Below are positions 19,703-29,770 of a stretch of 64,000 nucleotides of DNA, one piece after another. Location: NCBI GenBank assembly GCA_044345405.1, contig JBIJBE010000003.1:32001-96000 (forward strand), in the 5' to 3' direction. Position numbers and translations under genes: made by a program. A model generated the notes under the pieces. That model was not told the origin of the DNA and did not search any database. It was given only the letters and a program-made list of their open reading frames with translations. Positions within the stretch are counted from its first letter, which is position 1, and each line of letters opens with the position of its first letter. Source of the stretch: Bdellovibrionota bacterium. Lineage in GTDB: Bacteria > Bdellovibrionota_C > UBA2361 > OMII01.

Positions 19703-20830
19703 ATGCGCGTTCTTGTTCGTCCCTTGTTCGTAGGATTTGTCGCTCTTGCGAGTGTTCTCGGAGCGAGCGGTTGTGGCTCAAAAGAGAAAGCCCCCGAAGC
19801 TCCGCAATTAGAGATCTCCGTCGTTGATATCGGACGCAAAGATGTTGTCCTCTCCTCTGAGTTCGTGGGGCGAACCAATGGAGCTATCGACGCTGAAGTT
19901 CGCGCGAGAGTTGAGGGAGTTCTTGAGGAGATACACTTTCAAGACGGCGGAGAGGTAACGGAGGGGCAACTCCTCTACTCGATCGATGACGCTCCGCTCA
20001 TCACGACGGTTGCTCAAGCGAGAGGCTCCCTCGCGGAGGCGCTCACCCGTCAGACTCAAGCCGATGTTGATCTTAAACGAATTCGACCGCTCGCGGAGAT
20101 AAACGCGGTGAGCAAGCGAGAATTAGATGGTGCTATCGGTCGTAAAGGAGTCGCGGATGGCGCGGTAGACGCCGCTAACGCTCAAGTCGCTGCGGCCGAA
20201 ATTCAGTTGGGGTACGCTAAGATCAAAGCGCCAACATCGGGTGTTATCGGGATTAGCAAGTTCAAGATCGGAGAGTTGGTCGGCAAAGGCCCCAACACCT
20301 CGGTGCTTAACACCGTATCAAAGATCGATCCGATCCATGTGAAGTTTCCCGTAAGTGAGAGTGAGTACCTCTATTTTTCAAAGCTCGCTGAGCAACAGGG
20401 CCCGAATCGGGAGAAGCGAGTTTTGCAACTCATCCTCGCCGACGGATCCGTTCATCCAGAGCTGGGCGAGCTTGTTTCCCTTGATAGAAATATCGACGCG
20501 CAGACAGGCGCAATCACCGCAGAAGCCTCGTTTCCTAACCCCACGAAACGAATTCGTCCGGGAATGTTCGCCAAGATTAAGACCGTCGCGGAAACCCGCA
20601 ACGACGTCCTGGTCGTACCAAAGCGAGCGCTCAAGGAGATTCAAGGGAAGTATCAGGTGTTCGTCGTCGCGGCTGATGGAACGGTTGACGTTCGTAACGT
20701 TGAGGTTGGGGCGGACGCGGGAGACTCTCGCGTTGTTGAATCGGGTCTTAGTGAACATGAACTCGTGGCGGTGGATGGTATCCAACGTCTTCGTAGTGGC
20801 ATGACCGTAAAGGCTAAGACCGTCAGTTAA
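19703..20830 (+). CDS. RND efflux periplasmic adaptor (AcrA-like lipoprotein)
   Basis: Lipobox ASGC; AEVRARVEG, I.AP..G.IG and RPGMF motifs; ATG after GGAGG. Confidence 0.92.
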   Translation: MRVLVRPLFVGFVALASVLGASGCGSKEKAPEAPQLEISVVDIGRKDVVLSSEFVGRTNGAIDAEVRARVEGVLEEIHFQDGGEVTEGQLLYSIDDAPLITTVAQARGSLAEALTRQTQADVDLKRIRPLAEINAVSKRELDGAIGRKGVADGAVDAANAQVAAAEIQLGYAKIKAPTSGVIGISKFKIGELVGKGPNTSVLNTVSKIDPIHVKFPVSESEYLYFSKLAEQQGPNREKRVLQLILADGSVHPELGELVSLDRNIDAQTGAITAEASFPNPTKRIRPGMFAKIKTVAETRNDVLVVPKRALKEIQGKYQVFVVAADGTVDVRNVEVGADAGDSRVVESGLSEHELVAVDGIQRLRSGMTVKAKTVS

Positions 20831-20860
20831 TCGCCTCGCGCGCGAGCTTCGGAGGAAAAG

Positions 20861-23800
20861 ATGAAAGAGTATTTCTTCGTTCGACGACCCACAGTCGCAA
20901 TCGTACTATCACTTGTGCTCGTCATCTTCGGTCTCGTGACCATCATGGGATTGCCGATCTCCCAGTACCCAAACGTGGTACCTCCGGAGATCCAGGTGAA
21001 CGCCACCTACTCGGGAGCGAACGCGCTCGCCGTTGAGCAGTCGGTGACGACCCCACTTGAGCAGAAGATTAACGGCGTTGAGAACTCGATCTATATGCGG
21101 AGTATCAACGCGAACGATGGTACTACCTCGATTCGCGTATCGTTTGAGGTCGGTACGAACCTCGACATGGCGAACGTGCTCGTGCAAAACCGAGTGAGTG
21201 AGGCTCAAGCGAGTCTCCCTGAGGAGGTAAAACGACTCGGCGTAACGGTAAAGAAGTCGCTCTCGTTTCCGCTCCTTCTTGTGACCCTCCGTTCGCCAAA
21301 GGGAACGTACGACAACACCTTCCTCAGTAATTATGCATCCATCAACGTTTTGGACGCCCTCGCTCGAATCGGCGGAGTAGGGCAGGTAAACCAATTCGGT
21401 GGAAGCGACTACGCGATGCGTGTGTGGGTGAAGCCGGATCAACTCGCGCAGCTCTCATTGACGGTCGCTGATGTATACCGAGCCATTCAGCAGCAGAACG
21501 TGATCGCGCCAGCGGGCCAGATCGGCGGTCCACCCGCGCCTCCAGGAACCGATACCACCCTAGTGGTGCGAACATCCGGCCGTCTTGAGAGTCCCGAGCA
21601 GTTCGGTGAGATCGTTATCAAGTCCGATGACGCGACCGGTTCGCTCATCCGACTCAAGGATGTAGCTCGGATAGAGCTTGGTACGCAGTTGTATAACGCT
21701 AAGGGCCGCTTCAACGGTGAGGACGCGGCGGTGCTCGCGATCTACCAGGTGCCCGGATCAAACGCGCTCCAAGTGGCGGATACGATCCGAAAGACGATGG
21801 ATGAGCTGAAGACCCGCTTCCCAGATGATATCGAGTATATCGTTTCCCTCGATACGACGAAGGCGGTCACAGAGGGTATCGATGAGATCATTAACACGCT
21901 GCGTGACGCCATCATCTTGGTGCTTATCGTCGTATTTATCTTCCTTCAAAGTTGGCGCGCGACCCTGATCCCTATCTTAGTAGTACCGGTATCGCTCATC
22001 GCGACCTTCTCGGTGTTTCCAGCGCTTGGCTTCTCAGTCAACGTGCTCTCGCTTCTCGGACTCGTGCTTGCTATCGGCATCGTAGTGGACGACGCCATCG
22101 TGGTGGTTGAGGCGGTGATGCACCACATCGAGCACGGAGCCTCTCCTCGTGAGGCGACCAACAAGGCGATGGGGGAGGTGGCGGGTCCCGTTATCGCTAT
22201 TGCCCTTATTTTGTGCGCCGTGTTCGTGCCGGTCGTCTTTATGGGTGGCATCACCGGACAGTTCTATCAGCAGTTCGCTGTTACGATCGCGGTGTCGGTA
22301 CTCTTCTCGGCGGTAGGGGCTCTCACCCTTACCCCGGCGCTCTGCTCCGTTCTCTTGAAGCCCGCGAGCCCCTCAACGGGACTCCTCGGTCGATTTTTCA
22401 AGGGGTTCAATAACGTCTTCGATCGGTGCACCGGCGCCTATGTGGGAATAGCTGGCTTTATCGCGAGAAAGCTGGTGCGCGGTTTCATCATCTTCGGTGT
22501 GGTGATGGCCGGAGTGATCTTCTTCGGCAAATCCCTTCCTACTGGCTTCGTTCCAGAGGAGGATCAAGGCTACATCCTCGCGAATGTGCAGCTTCCTGAT
22601 GCCTCGTCACTCGAACGAACTGGCGAGGCGAGTCGACAGGTCGAGCAGATCCTCATGGAGACCCCTGGGGTCGATAGCGTAACGACCGTCGTCGGCTTCA
22701 GTATGATCTCACAATCGTACTCAAGTAACACAGCCTTCTTCTTCGTCTGGCTTAAGCCGTGGGAGGAGCGTAAGGGGCTCGTGAATTCATCCTTCGGACT
22801 TCTCATGCGCCTCAATAAGCGCTTCCAGGCAGAGTTCACTGATGGTGTTGCCATCGCGTTCGGCCCTCCAGCGATTCCCGGACTCGGTACAGGGTCCGGT
22901 TTCAGCATGATGCTTCAAGATCGAAGTGGTAAGGGACCTGAGTATCTCGATGAGCAGGCGAAGAACTTCGCGCAGGCTGCCATGAAGCGTCCTGAGATAG
23001 GGCGTATCTCGACAGCGTTTCGCGCGTCCGTTCCTCAACTCTTCGCTCAAGTTGATCGTGATAAAGCGCTCGCCGCCGGTGTTCCTATCAGTGATGTGAA
23101 TTCGACACTTGGTTCCTACCTCGGTGGAAGCTACGTAAACGACTTCAATCGGTTCGGCCGCCTCTATAAGGTCTACCTCCAAGCTGACGCCACCTACCGT
23201 GACAAGAAAGAGGATATCCGCACCTACTTCGTTCGAAACAAGAACGGAGACATGGTATCGCTTGGAACGCTCATAAACCTCACCCCAACAAACGGGCCTG
23301 AGTACACGAACCGTTTCAATCTCTTCCGCTCCGCGGAGATGATAGGAGCGTCCGGTCCAGGATATAGCTCGGCGCAGACGATGGCCGCTCTGAAAGAGGT
23401 CGCGGCTCAGGTGCTTCCGAAGGATATCACCTACGACTGGAACGCGATGTCGTACCAAGAGGAGAAGGCAGCCGGAAAGGGCGCAATCGTCTTCGTGCTC
23501 GGCATGGTGTTCGTGTTCCTCATCCTCGCCGCTCAGTACGAGAGTTGGTCGTTGCCGTTCAGCGTACTTCTTGGGACCCCGTTCGCGGTGTTTGGAGCGC
23601 TCCTTGGTGTATGGCTTTGCCGACAACTGGACCCATCTTACGTTAACAACATCTTCGCGCAGATCGGCATTCTCACCCTGGTGGGACTCGCGGCGAAGAA
23701 CGCGATCTTGATCGTTGAGTTCGCCCGGGCGAAGGTCGCGGGTGGCGCTCCTCTGATTGAGGGAACCTTAGAGGCCGCGAAGCTTCGGTTCCGGCCGATA

Positions 23801-24043
23801 TTAATGACCGCGTTCGCGTTCATCCTCGGCGTTGTGCCCCTCGTCATCGCGTCGGGAGCCGGCGCTCAAGGGCGCAAAGTAATGGGAATGGCTGTGTTCA
23901 GCGGAATGGCGATGGCGACGGTGCTCGGGGTTCTCCTCGTGCCGATGCTCTTCGTCCTGATTGAGAAGGTAACAAATAGGAAGGGGCACGGTAGGGCACC
24001 CTCGGAATCAACCACCACGAACGCGACAGGAACTCATGGGTAA
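20861..24043 (+). CDS. HAE1-family RND efflux permease (AcrB-like)
   Basis: LAIGIVVDDAIVVVE, LTLTPALC, KNAILIVEFA and RFRPILMT motifs; 1060 aa. Confidence 0.96.
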   Translation: MKEYFFVRRPTVAIVLSLVLVIFGLVTIMGLPISQYPNVVPPEIQVNATYSGANALAVEQSVTTPLEQKINGVENSIYMRSINANDGTTSIRVSFEVGTNLDMANVLVQNRVSEAQASLPEEVKRLGVTVKKSLSFPLLLVTLRSPKGTYDNTFLSNYASINVLDALARIGGVGQVNQFGGSDYAMRVWVKPDQLAQLSLTVADVYRAIQQQNVIAPAGQIGGPPAPPGTDTTLVVRTSGRLESPEQFGEIVIKSDDATGSLIRLKDVARIELGTQLYNAKGRFNGEDAAVLAIYQVPGSNALQVADTIRKTMDELKTRFPDDIEYIVSLDTTKAVTEGIDEIINTLRDAIILVLIVVFIFLQSWRATLIPILVVPVSLIATFSVFPALGFSVNVLSLLGLVLAIGIVVDDAIVVVEAVMHHIEHGASPREATNKAMGEVAGPVIAIALILCAVFVPVVFMGGITGQFYQQFAVTIAVSVLFSAVGALTLTPALCSVLLKPASPSTGLLGRFFKGFNNVFDRCTGAYVGIAGFIARKLVRGFIIFGVVMAGVIFFGKSLPTGFVPEEDQGYILANVQLPDASSLERTGEASRQVEQILMETPGVDSVTTVVGFSMISQSYSSNTAFFFVWLKPWEERKGLVNSSFGLLMRLNKRFQAEFTDGVAIAFGPPAIPGLGTGSGFSMMLQDRSGKGPEYLDEQAKNFAQAAMKRPEIGRISTAFRASVPQLFAQVDRDKALAAGVPISDVNSTLGSYLGGSYVNDFNRFGRLYKVYLQADATYRDKKEDIRTYFVRNKNGDMVSLGTLINLTPTNGPEYTNRFNLFRSAEMIGASGPGYSSAQTMAALKEVAAQVLPKDITYDWNAMSYQEEKAAGKGAIVFVLGMVFVFLILAAQYESWSLPFSVLLGTPFAVFGALLGVWLCRQLDPSYVNNIFAQIGILTLVGLAAKNAILIVEFARAKVAGGAPLIEGTLEAAKLRFRPILMTAFAFILGVVPLVIASGAGAQGRKVMGMAVFSGMAMATVLGVLLVPMLFVLIEKVTNRKGHGRAPSESTTTNATGTHG

Positions 24044-25439
24044 GAAAAACGCTCTTCTCTCATTCGCTTTGGTCGGAACCGCGCTTCTGTCGGGGTGTAT
24101 CTTTAAACCCGACTTTGAACGTCCCGTGGTCTTAGATGACGCTCCCTTTACAGAGGCGTCCCCAACCCAGGACACCCTCGCGAACCTTCCTTGGTGGGAG
24201 GTATTCAAGGACCCCCACCTTCAAGATCTTATCCGCCGTTCACTCATCGCTAATCGCGACCTCAAGATAGCCATGGCTCGAATCGATGAGGCGCGAGGGC
24301 TGCTCGGCATCGCTCGTCCAGACCAGTTCCCCCGACTCGATGTCGCTGGGAACGCCACCCGTGTGGATGGAAGTGACTTCGCCCTTATTCCTACCGACGC
24401 GACGAACGATTTCGGGCTCTACGCGCGACTTGGATTTGAAGTTGATGTGTGGGGAAGGTACGCGAGCGCGACTGAGTCGGCGCGGGCGCAACTTCTTTCG
24501 ACCGAGTACGCGATGCGCGCGGTAACCCTCTCGCTCGTGGCTCAGGTAGCGACAGCGTACCTCCAGTTGCAGAACGTCGATCGCCAGATCGATATATCCG
24601 AGCGCACCTTAAAGAATCGACACGATGCCACGGTGCTTAACGAGCAGCGGTTCAAGGGTGGCTACGTCGGACTGCTCGATGTGAACCAAGCGCAGATCCA
24701 AGAGGAGGAGGCCCGCGCCGCGCTGGTGGCGCTGAAGCGAGCGATGCGACTGATCGAGAACTCGCTGTGCGTACTATTAGGAGAGGTGCCGCACCCTATC
24801 AAGCGTGGTTCCTCCATGATTGACCCGATGTCGGTTACGGCACTGCCGGCCGGTGTTCCCGCCATGTTACTTGAGCGACGACCGGATGTGCAGTCCGCTG
24901 AAGAGAGCGCTCGCGCCGCGGTGATGCGAATCGGTGTCGCTCGAGCGCAGCAGTATCCAGCGTTTAGTATCACCGGCTTCTTGGGATTGAACTCCATTGA
25001 GCACAACGATCTCTTCAAAGGGGACTCCCGCACCTGGAATATCGGCGCTGGATTACTTGGCCCGCTCGTTGACCTCGGTAAGAGTTGGTCGAGGGTCGAT
25101 GTAGCTGAGGCGCAAGCGCAGCAGGCGCTTCAGTCGTATGAGCAATCGGTTCTTGTGGCTGTTCGTGATGTTGAGGACGCGCTCGTGAGTGTGCGTACCT
25201 TCAAGGATGAGAATAAGGTCCGAACCGCGCAGGTGAAAGCGGGGCGAAGCGCCTCGTTTCTCTCCCGTCGTCGATATATGGACGGTGTGACATCGTACCT
25301 TGAGGTTCTTGATACCGAGCGGTCGTTGTTTAACGCTGAGCTCGCTCAATCGAATACGCAGGAGCGATATCTCGGGTCTATGGTGCAGCTCTACAAGGCG
25401 CTCGGGGGTGGGTGGCAGGCTGAGGCTGTGGGGAAGTAG
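24036..25439 (+). CDS. RND outer-membrane factor lipoprotein (OprM/NodT-like)
   Basis: LSGC lipobox; WWEVFKDP.L, LLERRPDV and LYKALGGGW motifs. Confidence 0.94.
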   Translation: MGKKNALLSFALVGTALLSGCIFKPDFERPVVLDDAPFTEASPTQDTLANLPWWEVFKDPHLQDLIRRSLIANRDLKIAMARIDEARGLLGIARPDQFPRLDVAGNATRVDGSDFALIPTDATNDFGLYARLGFEVDVWGRYASATESARAQLLSTEYAMRAVTLSLVAQVATAYLQLQNVDRQIDISERTLKNRHDATVLNEQRFKGGYVGLLDVNQAQIQEEEARAALVALKRAMRLIENSLCVLLGEVPHPIKRGSSMIDPMSVTALPAGVPAMLLERRPDVQSAEESARAAVMRIGVARAQQYPAFSITGFLGLNSIEHNDLFKGDSRTWNIGAGLLGPLVDLGKSWSRVDVAEAQAQQALQSYEQSVLVAVRDVEDALVSVRTFKDENKVRTAQVKAGRSASFLSRRRYMDGVTSYLEVLDTERSLFNAELAQSNTQERYLGSMVQLYKALGGGWQAEAVGK

Positions 25440-25452
25440 GGGGCCGGTGCCC

Positions 25453-25511
25453 GGGAGGGCGACCAGGATCCCACTTCGCTACGCTACGAGGGACAAGCTG
25501 GTCGCCCTCCC
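25453..25511. repeat. Single REP-like palindrome with a nested mini-element
   Basis: gggagggcgacc-aggatcccacttcgctacgctacgagggacaagct-ggtcgccctccc. Confidence 0.85.
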
Positions 25512-25574
25512 CTGGTGCTACCCTGCGCCCCCTCACACCACCGTCCCGGTGAGCTGACCTATACTCCTCTCCCT

Positions 25575-26135
25575 ATGCCATACCTCACCACCATCCGAAC
25601 TCTCGCCCTCTCGCTCGTAGCTGCGCTCATCATCGCAGCACCTAACGCCCACGCCGAGTCCGCCCACGAAATGCAGCGCTCCGCCCGCGAAGCGTTACAA
25701 GAGTTATATCGAACGACCCCCGGAGCCGCGGCGATCGGGGAGAAGGCCGCCGGTATCCTCGTGTTTCCCGAAATTATAAAAGGTGGCTTCGTTGTAGCGG
25801 CGCAGTACGGCAATGGGGTGCTCTTTAAACGGGGAGCGGTCGCTGGATATTACAACACGAGTTCGGCATCGTTTGGGTTTCAGGCTGGGATACAAAAGTT
25901 CGGGTACGCCCTCTTCTTCATGACAGAGGACGATCTACACTATTTGAATTCCTCTCAGGGATGGGAGATAGGAGCTCTGCCGAGCCTTACTATCGTTGAC
26001 ACCGGCATCGCCCGATCGCTTTCAACCACAACCCTTCAAAAAGGGATGTACGCCTTCTTCTTTAGTCAGAAGGGATTGATGGGAGGCCTTTCGCTCCAGG
26101 GAACCAAGATTACCCGCATCCATCCTGATACGTAA
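25575..26135 (+). CDS. Ysc84/SYLF lipid-binding domain exported protein
   Basis: Signal peptide; A.GILVFP.I.K.GF, G.G.L, SFGFQAG and KGLMGG.SLQGTKI motifs. Confidence 0.85.
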   Translation: MPYLTTIRTLALSLVAALIIAAPNAHAESAHEMQRSAREALQELYRTTPGAAAIGEKAAGILVFPEIIKGGFVVAAQYGNGVLFKRGAVAGYYNTSSASFGFQAGIQKFGYALFFMTEDDLHYLNSSQGWEIGALPSLTIVDTGIARSLSTTTLQKGMYAFFFSQKGLMGGLSLQGTKITRIHPDT

Positions 26136-26342
26136 TTGTTTTTCGTAGTGAGCGAAGCTGTCACTTTTAGCTCCGAACAGGCATGTCCGTCGAATACCTT
26201 GGTCTTTTGAGGGGCATTAGTCTTTGAGCCCCTGCTAGTATATCTTGTGTGTTGGTGAAGTAGAGGAAGGTTGTTGGTGGGTTATCCAGTGGGTCGTTGA
26301 GCGCGTTCGAGGCACGTTCAACCACCCATTGGGTGATTCACT

Positions 26343-26597
26343 ATGCAAAAAGAAACGAAACAAACACGGTGGTTCCACCTCCCTAAACCGAGGTGGAAAT
26401 GGATGGCAGCATGGCTTGGGCTTCAACCCTTCGCCGCGGCTCCATTGGTCCTGATGGTGATGAAATTGGGGCCTTTCAAGGAACCATTCATCGCTAACGG
26501 ACCGGTAGTTATGCCAGCTATGTTGTTGGCTGTAGCTCCGGTTATCCTCCTCATCCACGGCTCTGGGTTGCTCGATCCAGTGCCGAAGGATAAGTGA
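26343..26597 (+). CDS. Small membrane protein
   Basis: 84-aa ORF with two hydrophobic segments. Confidence 0.45.
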   Translation: MQKETKQTRWFHLPKPRWKWMAAWLGLQPFAAAPLVLMVMKLGPFKEPFIANGPVVMPAMLLAVAPVILLIHGSGLLDPVPKDK

Positions 26598-26724
26598 GGT
26601 GTCATGCGCCCCTGCTGTTGTCTTTCTTACGAAAGCACAGCAGGGGCCGTCGACACTTTTTAGGTTTTCTCGACGGTTGATTCTACTTCACCAACATTCT
26701 CTTTTCATTGTAGCCCGGAATAAG

Positions 26725-26875
26725 GGGAGGGCGACCGTCCCCGGTCGCCGAAAAAGCCACGTGTGTTTCAAGGTATTCGCCATTCGCAACACGGCTTGTG
26801 CCCCATAGCTTTAGCGACGGGGTACGGTCAGGATCCCCCTCCGCTAAAGCTACGGGGGACAAGCTGACCGCCCTC
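26725..26875. repeat. REPIN-like doublet carrying two nested mini-elements
   Basis: gggagggcgaccgtccccggtcgcc, a 43-nt spacer (gaaa...acac), then a right REP interrupted twice by gctaaagcta-type inserts. Confidence 0.85.
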
Positions 26876-26898
26876 GCAGATCCCGGGACGCGCAGCGG

Positions 26899-27936
26899 TC
26901 ACCCCCGCAACACCCCATCCGCCTCACGCAACAACGCCTCCGTACTCTCCCACGAGATGCACGCATCGGTGATCGAGACGCCATAGCGAAGGTCTCCCTT
27001 CTCAAGGTCCTGGCGTCCTTCATGGAGGTTGCTCTCGAGCATCCATCCCACGACCGGAGAGTCTCCGGCTTGAATCTGCCCTAAGATATCCTTGAACACC
27101 GCTGGTTGGCGGTTGTGATCCTTGTTTGAGTTGCCGTGACTGCAATCAACTATGATGTTCGGTGTGACGCCGTGCTTCGCCATCAGGCTCGCCGCTGACG
27201 CCACGCTCTCTGCATCGTAGTTTGGAGCCTTACTTCCTCGAAGTACGATATGGCCGTACCTGTTCCCTCGAGTTTGTACCACTGAGCACTGACCGTGCTG
27301 GTTAATACCGAGAAAACGGTGAGGATGAGCGGCTGACATGATGCCGTTTATCGCGATGAGGACGTTTCCATCCGTTCCGTTCTTGAACCCGACAGGGGAG
27401 GAGAGGCCACTCGCCATCTCACGGTGGGTCTGGCTCTCAACGGTGCGGGCTCCGATCGCGGTCCAGGTGATGAGGTCACCGATGTACTGCGGAACGATCG
27501 GATCGAGCGCCTCGGTCGCTATCGGAAGGCCCACCTCAGCGACGGACATGAGGAGTCGTCGGGCCACGAAGAGCCCCTCTTCAACGTGAAAAGAGTCATC
27601 GAGTCGTGGATCGTTAATCAGCCCCTTCCATCCGGTTGTTGTGCGGGGTTTTTCGAAGTACACGCGCATGACGACGTACATCGTGTCTTTGACCTGATCC
27701 GCGAGAACCTTGAGGCGCTTCGCGTACTCAAGGGTCGCCTCTGGATCGTACGCCGCGCATGGTCCGACGATGACGAGCTTTCGGTTATCCTTTCGGTCGA
27801 GGATCGCCTCGACGATTCGTCGGGATTCGGTGATCTGGTCTTCTAGGATCTCTGGTAAGGGTAGGACCGCCTTTACCGCGGCTGGCGTAGGCAAGGTATC
27901 GACTGACTCGACGTGAAGATTCTCTGTGGTAACCAT
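26899..27936 (-). CDS. Class I-alpha DAHP synthase (AroF/G/H family)
   Basis: VGPC, MRVYFEKPRTT.GWKG, IGART.ESQ.HRE.ASG, GFKN, DCSHGNS and SITDAC motifs. Confidence 0.96.
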   Translation of the reverse strand: MVTTENLHVESVDTLPTPAAVKAVLPLPEILEDQITESRRIVEAILDRKDNRKLVIVGPCAAYDPEATLEYAKRLKVLADQVKDTMYVVMRVYFEKPRTTTGWKGLINDPRLDDSFHVEEGLFVARRLLMSVAEVGLPIATEALDPIVPQYIGDLITWTAIGARTVESQTHREMASGLSSPVGFKNGTDGNVLIAINGIMSAAHPHRFLGINQHGQCSVVQTRGNRYGHIVLRGSKAPNYDAESVASAASLMAKHGVTPNIIVDCSHGNSNKDHNRQPAVFKDILGQIQAGDSPVVGWMLESNLHEGRQDLEKGDLRYGVSITDACISWESTEALLREADGVLRG

Positions 27937-27999
27937 ACAACTTGGCCTCTCTGGGGGAGGATGAAGGGAACAATAACGATGTGAAGGAATGAACGATTT

Positions 28000-28059
28000 T
28001 TACCCGCGGAGCGGGAAATAAAAAAAGAAGCTGACGTAGGATCGCCAAGTGCGGTTCAT
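28000..28059 (-). CDS. Aromatic-rich leader peptide MNRTWRSYVSFFFYFPLRG upstream of DAHP synthase
   Basis: Manual translation: 19 aa with 1 Trp, 2 Tyr and 4 Phe; ends 63 nt before the DAHP synthase start. Confidence 0.8.
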   Translation of the reverse strand: MNRTWRSYVSFFFYFPLRG

Positions 28060-28065
28060 GCAGCC

Positions 28066-28094
28066 AGGCTACGGGGGCCGAGCTCGGAAGTCAA
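28066..28094 (-). promoter_or_regulatory. Sigma70-type promoter for the leader peptide/DAHP synthase transcript
   Basis: Minus strand TTGACT-17 nt-TAGCCT, 6 nt before the leader ATG. Confidence 0.65.
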
Positions 28095-28144
28095 CAGCAA
28101 AGATGTTAGAGGATGCAAAACCCTAACACGTCCCTCGCTATCCC

Positions 28145-29587
28145 TTAGTTGATTGAGTTAGTAGCTCCCGACTCGCCGCCATGAACCCTCAGACCGAGCG
28201 GTTTCGTTTGGCCGTTTAAAAGTCGTTGCGCCTCGCTCTCGGTCCACTGCTTCGTTTGAGAGAAGTAGTGCGCCATGATGTTTTCAGGGGTGCTTCTATT
28301 CATCAAGATATTGCGCACCGCGAAAACCAGGGGAGCGGATGCTTCGCTGGTCGTGTTGTTTTGAATCCGTCGTGCCATCGCGTGAGCAGCGAATACCCCC
28401 TCGGCGGTGAGAAGGTGCCCGTTTTCGTCAGGCTTTGTCAGAATGTCGTAGATATTCTCTCCCATCGCTAGCCGCATGCCAGCTTGAACGTTGCGGCTCG
28501 TGAGGCTATTTACGGTGAGATTCAGGTCATGGTTTCCGACCATCATGAGCTGAGCGCCTTTTCCTCCACCCTCCGATTTGACCAGATTCACGATCTCACG
28601 GCTCGCGAAGTGTACGAGGCGATGAAGCGTATGCGTGTCGAGACTAGCCTTGTGCTCTCCATGGCTAATGTCTACTCGCTTCGTTATGCGGAAGAGCCCA
28701 TCTGAGCCTACTTGAAGCGCCCCGTTTTTTCGCAGAATACCGAGAACGATACCACCGGCGAACGCCGCTACGTTCTTCATGGACGCCGCAAGTTCGAGGG
28801 CTGTGGGATTATTGTAGATCTCAAGGTTCTTGTCGCCGCTCATGCCACTGAAAACGAAGAACGCCTTAGCGACCGCGTCGGTGGCGTGAGGACTGCGGTT
28901 TTTAGCGCCGCCGAGCGTGAGTCCGAGGTATGCTCCGTCCTTGACGTCCTTGGCGAAGCCCGGACCGCCGACGAACACGAGGTTGTCCTTGACCTCACTC
29001 CACTGTGGGTGTTGTCGGATGTATTCAAGCGGGGTAAGGGCTCGAGAACCCTCCGGAGGTCCCTCACGGAGCGATTTCTCTGAGGAAAGGGGATCCCAGT
29101 CCGGCACGATAAGCCCCTTGGCGAAGCTTATAACGACGCTCTCTTTGTGCGGCCGGATCTGTGAGAGTACGTTTGGAAACGCGTTGGAGGGAACGGCCAA
29201 CATAATAATACCGCGACCATCGAGCGCTTTTGAGAGGTCGTTGGTGACCATGTCACTCGTAGGATGTGACTCTGATTTGCGGGCCCATGGAAGGACGTCG
29301 AAGCTTTCGGCAAGGCGGTGATGGAGGGCTTCTCCGTACACTCCATAGCCTACCATGGCGATCTTTGAGTGGAACTCAGCTCGCTGCCCTGGGCTAAGTT
29401 GCCCCTGGAAGTTTGTAACCGGTGTATCAATGTCGATTGACCGGAGGGATCCTCTTGGAGAAAAGGTGGTGTTGAGGCCGGGTACCTCCGCTGCTGAGAG
29501 GTCTTGGCGTTGGCCTGGTTGTGCTGTTCGATCGTCAGACACGCGATACTCCTTGAAAATCTCGTGACTCGACCCAAAAGGTATCAA
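28145..29587 (-). CDS. Divergent NAD(P)H-dependent glycerol-3-phosphate dehydrogenase (GpsA-like) with N-terminal extension; start uncertain
   Basis: GYGVYG Rossmann motif; LAVPS, AKGL, GGPGFA, MKNVAA..GG, DL.LT..S..SRN and AEG motifs. Confidence 0.75.
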   Translation of the reverse strand: MIPFGSSHEIFKEYRVSDDRTAQPGQRQDLSAAEVPGLNTTFSPRGSLRSIDIDTPVTNFQGQLSPGQRAEFHSKIAMVGYGVYGEALHHRLAESFDVLPWARKSESHPTSDMVTNDLSKALDGRGIIMLAVPSNAFPNVLSQIRPHKESVVISFAKGLIVPDWDPLSSEKSLREGPPEGSRALTPLEYIRQHPQWSEVKDNLVFVGGPGFAKDVKDGAYLGLTLGGAKNRSPHATDAVAKAFFVFSGMSGDKNLEIYNNPTALELAASMKNVAAFAGGIVLGILRKNGALQVGSDGLFRITKRVDISHGEHKASLDTHTLHRLVHFASREIVNLVKSEGGGKGAQLMMVGNHDLNLTVNSLTSRNVQAGMRLAMGENIYDILTKPDENGHLLTAEGVFAAHAMARRIQNNTTSEASAPLVFAVRNILMNRSTPENIMAHYFSQTKQWTESEAQRLLNGQTKPLGLRVHGGESGATNSIN

Positions 29588-29770
29588 CTAAACAGACCTT
29601 TTGCATTCGAGATGGTGTTAATATTCTGTGAGGTCGTTGTGAGGCCAGGTTTGAGAGTAAGATTAACAAAAGATTAACGATCGACCGGTCCGAGGGACTG
29701 ACTTAGGTGCGGGTATTGGGTAAGATCCCCCCAACAATAACCGTAAGTACAATAGATTCATGAGTGGTAT

